Assembly: GCA_014729505.1 (NCBI GenBank)
Contig: WJJS01000001.1
Span: forward strand, 12,938 to 76,937
Length of the DNA stretch: 64,000 nucleotides
Direction of reading: 5' to 3'
Source: Candidatus Woesearchaeota archaeon
GTDB taxonomy: Archaea > Nanobdellota > Nanobdellia > Woesearchaeales > ARS49
Position numbers and translations under genes: made by a program. Of this stretch, positions 38,210 through 46,664 are shown in pieces. Position 1 is the stretch's first letter; each line of letters opens with the position of its first letter. The notes beneath the pieces are model-generated. The model was not told the DNA's origin. It saw only the letters and a list, made by a program, of their open reading frames with translations, and ran no database searches.

Positions 38210-38467
38210 CTAGATTCTTTTTTTTCCTTTTTCGTATATGTGAATGCAATTAACAGGACAACACTCTGCGGCGTCCATATTATCTTTGAGATCATCGAGT
38301 TCGAGATGTTCTTCAAGACCGACCTTTTTGGCTCCCTTCAAATCAACTTTGCCATCATCACTTATCGTCCAAAATTCTTCAGCAATAGCAGTACAACTAC
38401 CACAACCAATACATTCAGAACGCTCATGAACAATCCTGAACTTTTTATCTTTGTTTTTCTCAGGCAT
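38210..38467 (-). CDS. Small 4Fe-4S ferredoxin-like protein
   Basis: CIGCGSCTAIAEEF and AAECCPVNCIHIY cysteine clusters. Confidence 0.7.
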   Translation of the reverse strand: MPEKNKDKKFRIVHERSECIGCGSCTAIAEEFWTISDDGKVDLKGAKKVGLEEHLELDDLKDNMDAAECCPVNCIHIYEKGKKRI

Positions 38468-38492
38468 AGCAACACTCCCGAAATATTACTTT

Positions 38493-38732
38493 TTAATTGT
38501 TTCGCCAGACATGAGTAATGGCGCCAAGCGTATTGAGCAACAGCACAAGACTAGAGAGAAACAGCAATGCAAGAGCGATCATCAAAAACATCTCATCATC
38601 GACGTACAACCCCTGAAGAACTAAGGTTCCTTTCTTGAGCAAAAAAATAACTGCTGATGCTACTAAGGAAAGAATGCCGAGAATAAGCGAGAGTACCTCT
38701 CTAAAAATGCTGCTGTTCTGTAACAAGGTCAT
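38493..38732 (-). CDS. Small membrane protein (2 TM), hypothetical
   Basis: Hydrophobic helices. Confidence 0.4.
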   Translation of the reverse strand: MTLLQNSSIFREVLSLILGILSLVASAVIFLLKKGTLVLQGLYVDDEMFLMIALALLFLSSLVLLLNTLGAITHVWRNN

Positions 38733-38826
38733 AAGACTGAGAAGACAAGGACAACATATAAATTTTGCTTATCCTTATTGAGTAATCAACAGCAAGATTA
38801 AATACTATTATCCCATCGCGGTACGC

Positions 38827-39483
38827 ATGTGTGGCCGCTACGCAATAGTCCAACAAAAAAACGATCTTGAAACATTCTATGACGCCAACATGAAAGCAGC
38901 ATGGAAACCGCGATACAACGCAGCACCCACACAAGAATTACCACTAGTGCTTGACGCAGATCCTGCGCATATCGTAGTCGCTCGATGGGGACTTATTCCT
39001 TTTTGGGCAAAAGACGACAAGATAGGAGCACGACTCATCAACGCACGAAGCGAAACTGTGGCAGAAAAACCGACTTTTCGAACATCGTTTAAGAAACGAC
39101 GATGCCTCATTCCCGCTACACATTTTTACGAATGGAAGAAAACAACAAGCATCAAGAAACCATTTGCAATTCATCTGAAGTCAAAAGAGTTGTTTTCATT
39201 TGCAGGACTGTGGGATGAATGGAAGAGTTCTAAAGGAGAATTGATTCGCACGTTTACAATATTGACGTGCGGTCCTAACAGTGTAATGAAAAAGATCCAT
39301 GATCGCATGCCGGTCATACTCAAAAAATCTGACGAAGAGGCGTGGATGAATCCTACGAGCTCAGAGACTGCACTGCAGAAGTTGTTGAAACCTTTTTCAT
39401 CGTCGCAACTCGTCGCGTACGAGATCAGCACGCTTGTCAACTTGCCGACAAACGACAACCCTGCAGTAGTACAACCAGTCTAA
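38827..39483 (+). CDS. SOS-response-associated peptidase (SRAP/YedK/HMCES family), abasic-site processing protein
   Basis: N-terminal MCGRY (Cys2 nucleophile), LIPFWAKD, HFYEWKK motifs. Confidence 0.85.
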   Translation: MCGRYAIVQQKNDLETFYDANMKAAWKPRYNAAPTQELPLVLDADPAHIVVARWGLIPFWAKDDKIGARLINARSETVAEKPTFRTSFKKRRCLIPATHFYEWKKTTSIKKPFAIHLKSKELFSFAGLWDEWKSSKGELIRTFTILTCGPNSVMKKIHDRMPVILKKSDEEAWMNPTSSETALQKLLKPFSSSQLVAYEISTLVNLPTNDNPAVVQPV

Positions 39484-39535
39484 TCTCTACATTCTTTCTC
39501 ACAAGTCACAAGACACGACTTCGCAGCGCTTTTTA

Positions 39536-40006
39536 GTGACTACGCTTTTGTTTTTTGTCATGGGGTTATTAGGGGTGCGAGGAGAACAACGTATCATCAA
39601 TGATCATATTCTCTACTATGCCGTTTATCACACGCCGTGTTTATTGATCGACGCAGCAAACTGTGCAAACCCACACAAACTATATCCTCTGGCACGTGAA
39701 GAACAACTCTACAACATCCACGTTATTGAAGTCGAACTACTCTACGTTTTTCGCGACGTCCTACTGCGCTGTCACCGCTTTGCACAACAACGAGCAGTGC
39801 GCCACATACTCCTCACGACATTCAACCAACTCTTTCACTATCAAGACGCCAAAGAAAACGACAACATCCACGAACATGCATGGGAATTGCTGCGCACACT
39901 AGGACAACGCTATGACGTACGCGTCGGCATACATCACCGTCACGAAGCGCGCGCAAGACGATTTTGTGACGCGATCATTACGCAGCACTCTCTGGCGGGA
40001 TATTGA
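39536..40006 (+). CDS. Hypothetical protein; possible degenerate RecA/RadA-fold (inactive P-loop GLLGVRGEQR, LLIDAAN...P segment)
   Basis: Weak pattern resemblance to inactivated RecA-like proteins (ImuA/RadB-like); same operon as SRAP and PolB-like gene. Confidence 0.3.
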   Translation: MTTLLFFVMGLLGVRGEQRIINDHILYYAVYHTPCLLIDAANCANPHKLYPLAREEQLYNIHVIEVELLYVFRDVLLRCHRFAQQRAVRHILLTTFNQLFHYQDAKENDNIHEHAWELLRTLGQRYDVRVGIHHRHEARARRFCDAIITQHSLAGY

Positions 40007-40009
40007 ATT

Positions 40010-40324
40010 ATGGGACATACCGTATGGAGCCAACGGATGAATGCAGAGCGCATCATCACAGAACTACTTCGTTACAAGAAAGCATTGCGAAGCGAACAAC
40101 AAGCACTGTTTGACGAATTACTGAAACGATCCATGAATCATCTCGGTACCATAAGTTACGCAAACAGCATGCACACCTGGGCATTACTGCTCTTATCAAT
40201 ACTACTAGAACAAGAACAACGCATAAAGAAACTAGAACATGTGGTTAATAGATACCTATCAAAAAAAGAACAAGATCGTCGTGTGGCTGAAAACGAAAAC
40301 GACGAATATGCATCGAACCTATGA
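40010..40324 (+). CDS. Hypothetical helical protein
   Basis: ORF in operon; 4-nt spacing from previous gene, overlaps next. Confidence 0.35.
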   Translation: MGHTVWSQRMNAERIITELLRYKKALRSEQQALFDELLKRSMNHLGTISYANSMHTWALLLLSILLEQEQRIKKLEHVVNRYLSKKEQDRRVAENENDEYASNL

Positions 40325-42794
40325 GTACTCTGTCACACTCTACGCACACGAAGATGCACGAGAATTCCTTACAACGAACAAGATTGCTTTTACAGAACAA
40401 CTCAAAAAAGATCCTTTTCGCAACAAGAAACATGTTCTTGCCATAACGTTATCATGCGAACGACTCGCACCATTTGTAAGATGGTTTGAACTCGGCACCA
40501 AACACCGCATACCGCTTTACAATGCAGATATCACGCCGGAACAACGCTTTCTTTACGAGAACAAGCTAGTACCGTGCAGCAACGTGCGAGACGTTGATGG
40601 GAGACTTGTACACGTCAACGAATCCGCACCACCGCTAAGCACTGTTCATTTGCGATGCGCCACACAAGGACCTATTACACGATTAGAATACCAGGATCAC
40701 ACTATCGTAGGCGAGGAACGAGAAGTACTCGCGCATTTTACGCAACGCTTCAGACAGGACGATCCAGATGTACTACTTATGCGACGAGCATACAAAGCAG
40801 TACCACATCTCTTTGAACGGTTACGTGCGAACGGATTGCACGTGCCTTTTCATCGATGGGATGAGATACCGCTGCGCCACCGCGGCGGCAAGACACACTT
40901 CAGTTACGGAAGAGTATATTATCAAGATCACTCGTTTCAACTGCGAGGACGATTACTCGTTGACACGGCAAGCAGTGTAGGATCAACATGCTCTGTACCT
41001 GCAATCATCGAACTTGCACAGCTCACAGGCACTCGATTCCAACGCGTAGCAGCACGCAGTTTCGGTGCCTCATTTCAACTTCAACTCGTCAAAGAACTGC
41101 TCGCCCAAGATCTGCTTGTGCCATACAAGGAAAAACCCTTTGATGAACCGCTGCGCATGACAGAGTTATTCGACGCAGACAGAGCAGGACATACCTTTGA
41201 TCCTCAACTAGGATTTCACAATGATGTTGTAGCAATAGACTTCTCAAGCATGTATCCATGGATCATCCACAACTACAACATCAGCGCAGATACCATACTC
41301 ACAAAAAAAGGAAAGAAGACCAAGATTCCTGCAGTACCAATTGATGTAACCACACAATATCAAGGAGTGATACCAAAAGCAATCAAACCATTGTTAGATC
41401 GACGCATGTACTACAAAAAACATCCGACGCCGGAAAACAAACGACGAGCAATAGGACTAAAAACACTGCTCGTGACCTGTTATGGTTATCTGCGATTTCG
41501 CGAATTTAAAATGGGACTTGCCACATCACACATGGCAATTTGTTCATACGCGCGAGAACTCCTCCTACAATCAGCAACGCTTGCAGAAGAACAAGGCTTT
41601 CGCGTCATTCACGGCATCATCGATTCACTCTACATATCAAAAAAAGACATTACCACAACAGAAGTCGAAACATTTCGAAAAGAACTAGAACACATGAGCG
41701 GTATACCCGTTGCCTGCGATGGCATCTTCAAATGGATCGTGTTTCTTTCACGACGACATGACAACACTGTCGGAGTGCCGGCCCGTTATTTTGGCGCATA
41801 TAAAAATGGTGGCATTAAAGCAAGAGGTATTGAAGTACGACAATCGAGTGCGCCGCTACTTATACGACGATTCCAACAAAACGTGTTAGAAGAGCTCGCA
41901 GCGTTTTCAACGAAAAGAGCGATACAGGATCACTTGCCACAAGTCATGAAACGCGCACGAGCAGTCCTGCACGATCTGCCTGCGACGCCACGAGAAGAAC
42001 TGTGTTGCAGAATACGCATCAGTAAGACCACGTATTCTCGAAACATTCCACAACGGCAAGTGATACGCTTGTTAACACAACAAGGGAGAGACATTATCGC
42101 TGGACAGGTCATACGGTTCTGGTACAGTGCGAATGGACCGTTACTAGTCGATATGACTGGAAGGCCAGACTACAAAAAATATCGCGATTTGTTATTACGC
42201 GCAATACACTCAGTGTACCAGCCTTTCGGTTATACTACCAAACAACTACAACACCTCCTATTAGACGAATATCAAAGCGTTCTGCAAGATTTTGCGCGAC
42301 AACAGATCCGCTACGAATACGTGCCTATGAAAAAACACTATGCACAAAAACGAGGACTGTCAGAGAGAATCCTGCGACAACGACTGGAACGACAAGGATG
42401 GACGGTGTGGCGCGGCGGCAGCATACATATTACTCGTTATGAAGAACTGTATCCCAACGTACGACGAAAGTACGAATTACTCATCCGTCTGCTTGACGAT
42501 CATAAGCCAGACACAAAAGAAATACTGCAATATTATTGCATGATACAGCACGGCATGCCAGATTTTCTCTGCTACAAAAATGGACGATTCAAATTTGTTG
42601 AATGCAAATTGCAATACGAGCAATTAAGTCATCGACAAAAACGCTGCATTATGAAGCTACAAGACCTGGGATTTGATGTGGAAGTTCACAAACTCGTTGA
42701 CAAACGCACAAAAATGAGAGAGGCACTAGTTGACATGTTTACCAATTGCAAAATAGTACGAGAACGACAACTAGCCCTACTCTCAACATGGTGA
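40239..42794 (+). CDS. Family-B DNA polymerase-like protein lacking recognisable 3'-5' exonuclease motifs, motif C variant IIDS, fused to C-terminal VRR-NUC nuclease domain (start uncertain, 40239 or 40306)
   Basis: Motif A AIDFSSMYPWII, motif B KTLLVTCYGYLRF, motif C region RVIHGIIDSLYI (DTD replaced by IID), KxY KKYRDL; C-terminus GMPDFLCYKNGRFKFVECK...LSHRQKRCIMKLQDLGFDVEV = VRR-NUC (PD-(D/E)xK) pattern; no DxE/YxxxD exo motifs found. Confidence 0.7.
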   Translation: MWLIDTYQKKNKIVVWLKTKTTNMHRTYEYSVTLYAHEDAREFLTTNKIAFTEQLKKDPFRNKKHVLAITLSCERLAPFVRWFELGTKHRIPLYNADITPEQRFLYENKLVPCSNVRDVDGRLVHVNESAPPLSTVHLRCATQGPITRLEYQDHTIVGEEREVLAHFTQRFRQDDPDVLLMRRAYKAVPHLFERLRANGLHVPFHRWDEIPLRHRGGKTHFSYGRVYYQDHSFQLRGRLLVDTASSVGSTCSVPAIIELAQLTGTRFQRVAARSFGASFQLQLVKELLAQDLLVPYKEKPFDEPLRMTELFDADRAGHTFDPQLGFHNDVVAIDFSSMYPWIIHNYNISADTILTKKGKKTKIPAVPIDVTTQYQGVIPKAIKPLLDRRMYYKKHPTPENKRRAIGLKTLLVTCYGYLRFREFKMGLATSHMAICSYARELLLQSATLAEEQGFRVIHGIIDSLYISKKDITTTEVETFRKELEHMSGIPVACDGIFKWIVFLSRRHDNTVGVPARYFGAYKNGGIKARGIEVRQSSAPLLIRRFQQNVLEELAAFSTKRAIQDHLPQVMKRARAVLHDLPATPREELCCRIRISKTTYSRNIPQRQVIRLLTQQGRDIIAGQVIRFWYSANGPLLVDMTGRPDYKKYRDLLLRAIHSVYQPFGYTTKQLQHLLLDEYQSVLQDFARQQIRYEYVPMKKHYAQKRGLSERILRQRLERQGWTVWRGGSIHITRYEELYPNVRRKYELLIRLLDDHKPDTKEILQYYCMIQHGMPDFLCYKNGRFKFVECKLQYEQLSHRQKRCIMKLQDLGFDVEVHKLVDKRTKMREALVDMFTNCKIVRERQLALLSTW

Positions 42795-42882
42795 TTTTTA
42801 TCACCGAACGGTGTCGGCCTACTCGTGTCTTTCTTACGAATTCTTTTTATAGAAAGAATGATTTAGATACGGTGGGGGTATA

Positions 42883-43659
42883 ATGCACAAAGCATTAACG
42901 ATAGTATTGCTAGGAATTCTTCTAGTTGGATGCTCAACAACACTAGACACGTCGTCGACAAATCCGCCAACAGCGCCGCACTCAACTTCAAGTCCTCCAA
43001 CAACACAACACCCCGCAACAGAGAACAATTCACAACACACCACAACACAAAATGATTCACAATATCCGACAACGCAGAACGATTCACAACACACGGCAAC
43101 CAATGACTACGTTGCGGGACGAGAACTCTTCAAACTACAACGGGATTCAGACAGTGCACTGGGACAACGAGTAACAGACTTTTTCCCACTTCCTGCAGGA
43201 GCAGTTCTTGTCGAGACAAGACATTTTGGAGCGCAACAATTCAAAGCAAATCTTGTATCAAAAACAGGAGACATATTTCCTTTAGTCAATGATGAAGGAT
43301 ACATTCTTACCACTACGCTGCACTCTTTTGCGGCAGGCCAGTACCTGCTAGACATGATCATCAATGGCGAAGTTACCTTTATCATACGAACACCGGACAT
43401 AGAAGAAGCAACATCATGGAGCGGAGCCGGCAAGAAGTTCACCCCCTTCTTTACACTTTCAGGAACCAACACCTTTGAGATGTCGTTTCAAGGAAATGGA
43501 TTATACATCGTGTCACTATACAATCAAGCAGGAGAACGCATCGCCGTACTTGCACAAGGCGACACCACAGAAAAAACAAACACTGACGTAACCGTACCAC
43601 AAGGACTCTATCTGTTAGGTATAGAATCAACAGGAGTCTGGGACATACAACTCAAATAA
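42883..43659 (+). CDS. Secreted lipoprotein with Thr/Ser/Gln-rich linker (lipobox LLVGCS), hypothetical
   Basis: MHKALTIVLLGILLVGCSTT signal peptide; repeated NDSQ(H/Y)(T/P)TTQ units. Confidence 0.55.
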   Translation: MHKALTIVLLGILLVGCSTTLDTSSTNPPTAPHSTSSPPTTQHPATENNSQHTTTQNDSQYPTTQNDSQHTATNDYVAGRELFKLQRDSDSALGQRVTDFFPLPAGAVLVETRHFGAQQFKANLVSKTGDIFPLVNDEGYILTTTLHSFAAGQYLLDMIINGEVTFIIRTPDIEEATSWSGAGKKFTPFFTLSGTNTFEMSFQGNGLYIVSLYNQAGERIAVLAQGDTTEKTNTDVTVPQGLYLLGIESTGVWDIQLK

Positions 43660-43671
43660 TTCCAACTACTT

Positions 43672-44157
43672 CTAATTAAGAGCGACAATCGCCGTATTAA
43701 GAAGAGTGGCAAACAAAACCCAGAACGCATAAGGAAGCAACAACCACAACGTGACCTTATTCACACGATAAAATGCGCTTATCATACCAACAATCGCGCC
43801 GTTGAGCAGAATAATGTCAACCAGCGCCGCCAAAGGATTCTGCAAACCAAAAAATAAGATACTCCATAACATATTAAGAACCCAATGAGCTGCAAACCAG
43901 TACGACGCGTTCTTATCAGGCCAGACAAGATAGAGTGCAATACCAATAAGCGTGAATAAGGTAAGCCACACCGGGCCAAACAACCATGAAGGAGGTTGAA
44001 ATGCGGGAAAGGTCAATGTCAAATACCACGTTCTCACACTACTCGCGGTAAAAAAACTTCCAATAAATCCCGCTGCATGGGAGATAAGCAAGCACAGAGC
44101 AAGAGTACGCCATCGCATACGTATAAGAAAGCTCCAGAGTTTTTTAAGATTATGCAA
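43672..44157 (-). CDS. tspO: TspO/MBR family tryptophan-rich sensory protein
   Basis: PSWLFGPVWLTLFTLIGIALYLVW, 5 TM, Trp-rich. Confidence 0.8.
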   Translation of the reverse strand: MHNLKKLWSFLIRMRWRTLALCLLISHAAGFIGSFFTASSVRTWYLTLTFPAFQPPSWLFGPVWLTLFTLIGIALYLVWPDKNASYWFAAHWVLNMLWSILFFGLQNPLAALVDIILLNGAIVGMISAFYRVNKVTLWLLLPYAFWVLFATLLNTAIVALN

Positions 44158-44209
44158 CAGTAGATTTTTATGTACAAAGACGCTTTACCACCAAAAAAAA
44201 GAGGAAGTC

Positions 44210-44617
44210 ATGGCGTACAACATTATTTACAGAGGATCCCCATCGTTTCGAGGATACCTCGTCTGGTTTATCGTAGCGTTCTCGCTCATTGCGCTAGGCT
44301 ATGTCGTACACCCGTTACTCATACTCTTATCCCTGCCCTTCTTCATGATACCCCTCATCGACAAATTACGACACACCTACATCATTGCCACAAACGAAAT
44401 AGTGCAACGCACAGGCATAATCCGCACGGTTACACAATCAGCAACATTTAAACACATTACAGGCTTAACAGTACACCAAGGAATAGCGGGAAAAATACTT
44501 GGTTATGCAACAATAACGATCGACACTTCAGGCGGAGCAACAAACAAAGAATTCAGCTGGAAATTCGTAAGAAAAGCACACGATATCAGCATGATGATAC
44601 GCAAAAAAATACAATAA
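44210..44617 (+). CDS. Membrane protein with bacterial PH (bPH_2/YdbT-like) domain
   Basis: Two N-terminal TM helices then YIIATNEIVQRTGIIRTVTQSATFKHITGLTVHQGIAGKILGYATITIDTSGG pattern. Confidence 0.55.
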   Translation: MAYNIIYRGSPSFRGYLVWFIVAFSLIALGYVVHPLLILLSLPFFMIPLIDKLRHTYIIATNEIVQRTGIIRTVTQSATFKHITGLTVHQGIAGKILGYATITIDTSGGATNKEFSWKFVRKAHDISMMIRKKIQ

Positions 44618-44659
44618 TATTTTATACTGAGACAGTACCAAAAATTTTGAGGTGATACC

Positions 44660-44854
44660 GTGTTAGAAAACCATGTCTATAATCTAATGCAGCAACTCGT
44701 TGAAGAACACAAAAGTCTGTGGCGCATCAAGAAATTCTACACCAAAGATGCGGGAAAGTGCAAAGATTGCAAAGCGTTTTGGGCAAAAATGAAAAAAGAC
44801 AAAGAAGACCATATCAAAGAACTGCGAGGCCTTATAAAGAAACACCTGAAATGA
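44660..44854 (+). CDS. Small hypothetical protein (CKDCK motif)
   Basis: ORF only. Confidence 0.3.
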   Translation: MLENHVYNLMQQLVEEHKSLWRIKKFYTKDAGKCKDCKAFWAKMKKDKEDHIKELRGLIKKHLK

Positions 44855-45369
44855 TTGATTTTTCGCGAGTACCGGATCTGGCACGAGATCCATCGTACTC
44901 CTTTTTACTTCTCACGACACAACAGTCATCACTGCAACTTCCAAAACAACGTACCGCATATCTAGGACTACTCATTCCAGTAACAGGAAATGCCATACGC
45001 GTTGAAGAAACACTCGTCGGTATTTTATACCTGGGGCCAGAAGACGTGCGCATCAAAAAACTCTTACCATCAAACGAAAAAGAAGAACAACAACTGCAGG
45101 AAATAACACACGCCATAGAAGAAACACTAAACGAAAACAAGACGTTAACTATACCACAGGACCTGCTGCTTTTTCTCACAACACAAGAAGCACAAGCAGG
45201 ATATCCTATGAACCGAGTAGGAGAAGAACTACAGTACGAAGGGACGTTTCCTACGAGATTATGGTACGTGGCAAAAGAAGAAAAAAATCCGCCAGTATAC
45301 ATAGCCATACAAAGCACCATTGGTGGAGAATACGTAGGAATATTTATTGCAACGCGACCACGAACCTAG
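44851..45369 (+). CDS. Hypothetical protein (start at MIDFSRVPDL, ATGA overlap with previous)
   Basis: Track ORF 44719-45369 trimmed to internal ATG that overlaps previous stop. Confidence 0.4.
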   Translation: MIDFSRVPDLARDPSYSFLLLTTQQSSLQLPKQRTAYLGLLIPVTGNAIRVEETLVGILYLGPEDVRIKKLLPSNEKEEQQLQEITHAIEETLNENKTLTIPQDLLLFLTTQEAQAGYPMNRVGEELQYEGTFPTRLWYVAKEEKNPPVYIAIQSTIGGEYVGIFIATRPRT

Positions 45370-45794
45370 AGAAAACGCGTAATACGATCAATCAAACGCT
45401 TCATAACCTTCTCAGAAAGAACACGATTACTCTCCTTAGGCAAACCCTTGAACTGTTCATCAACAAAAGATTCACCTTCAAAAGACACTTCATTCTTATA
45501 GCGAGGAATAATATGAAAATGAAAATGACGCACACTATTGTTAGTCTGCATGTAATTAAACCAATCAGGATGAAACGCTTGTTGTAACGCAGATTCAATC
45601 CTTTTAAGAATGCGAAACGCTTCAATCAGCTCTTCTTCACAAAGAGAAGTGAACCCTTCCTTATGCTCCTTATGAACCAAAACACTAGCCCCGGGAAGAA
45701 ACTGACTAAGATTTAAACGAAACACCCAATTACCAAAATCCTTGACAAAAGTAATATCTTGCTTGTTTCTCAATTGACAAAAGATGCAGGTCAT
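45366..45794 (-). CDS. HIT-family protein (second copy in window)
   Basis: MTCIFCQL..., HFHFHIIPR histidine triad. Confidence 0.7.
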   Translation of the reverse strand: MTCIFCQLRNKQDITFVKDFGNWVFRLNLSQFLPGASVLVHKEHKEGFTSLCEEELIEAFRILKRIESALQQAFHPDWFNYMQTNNSVRHFHFHIIPRYKNEVSFEGESFVDEQFKGLPKESNRVLSEKVMKRLIDRITRFL

Positions 45795-46024
45795 GGGATA
45801 GTAGAAAGAGAAAAACAATAAATAAGTTTTGAATTCATTTTAGCGCAGTAGTACCTATGAGATCTACTTCCATATACAATTCTTCCTGTCTACCGATTAC
45901 AGAAATCGTCTTTTTCTCTATACTACTCATTTTGCTACAGTACTGCCAATGCAGGACTACTTTCGAAAGCCCAAGGTATGTTCAACGGGATTGCAGTACT
46001 AACGTTATTATCGTTGAATAAGAA

Positions 46025-46040
46025 TCCCCGCCCCCGGACT
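46025..46040. repeat. Duplicated 16-nt fragment of the tRNA-Tyr 3' end/T-arm
   Basis: tccccgcccccggact identical to 46146-46161; adjacent palindromes ctgcagaaaacacttcgtgtttttgcag and gaaccaggaacctggttc. Confidence 0.7.
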
Positions 46041-46145
46041 CAGCGTTAACCTGCGGTTAACTGGCTGCAGAAAACACTTCGTGTTTTTGCAGTGAACCAG
46101 GAACCTGGTTCAAGCCTTGTAAGATATTGTTTCCAAAAAGAAAAG

Positions 46146-46269
46146 TCCCCGCCCCCGGACTTGAACCAGGAACCTCGCGGTGACGGCTGACTCGCCTTCA
46201 CGTCTCGAGCGTTGCTCGGAATCAGTTGAGTTTCTACAGCCGCGCGCTCTACCATTGAGCTAGGCGGGG
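46146..46269 (-). tRNA. tRNA-Tyr (GTA) with ~52-nt intron at canonical position
   Basis: Reverse complement: CCCCGCC TA GCTCAATGGTAGAGC G CGCGG CTGTAGA [intron] CCGCG AGGTT CCTGGTTCAAGTCCGGG GGCGGGG A; C1:G72 as expected for archaeal Tyr. Confidence 0.8.
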
Positions 46270-46346
46270 ATAGACGAGAAAAAAAACTACGGGGTTTAAA
46301 AGGGTTTTGGACGAAAAGACATAAATATCCCTTGCTTTGAGCCTTT

Positions 46347-46664
46347 TTGATCATGACACCTCTCGATTATCTGGCAGTCTTTGAAGAACTTCGACGATAC
46401 GACGATGATCTTCCTAATAGAGAATTTGATGACTGGCATCCGTCATGGCCCAAACTGAAAGGCAGAGGCAATTCAATAGTGGGGTTACTACTCTATTTGC
46501 ATTTAGGACAAAGGCAGGGTTTGTTTGGAGATGAAGTAGAAGGTTGCCTTAGGCACGAATGGAGTGTGAAATCAGGACGTTATACGACGCCAGAAGAGAT
46601 AAAGTTGATCAACAGAACCTTAGACTATGTTATAGAGTATCTGCGAGAAACTACTTCACGATAA
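46347..46664 (+). CDS. Hypothetical protein
   Basis: ORF only. Confidence 0.3.
   Translation: MIMTPLDYLAVFEELRRYDDDLPNREFDDWHPSWPKLKGRGNSIVGLLLYLHLGQRQGLFGDEVEGCLRHEWSVKSGRYTTPEEIKLINRTLDYVIEYLRETTSR

Noticed and set aside
40239-40324. Possibility that the 104-aa ORF and PolB-like gene are one frameshifted gene
   Set aside because: They are in different frames with a clean stop. An overlap of 19-86 nt is compatible with the translational coupling seen throughout this genome.
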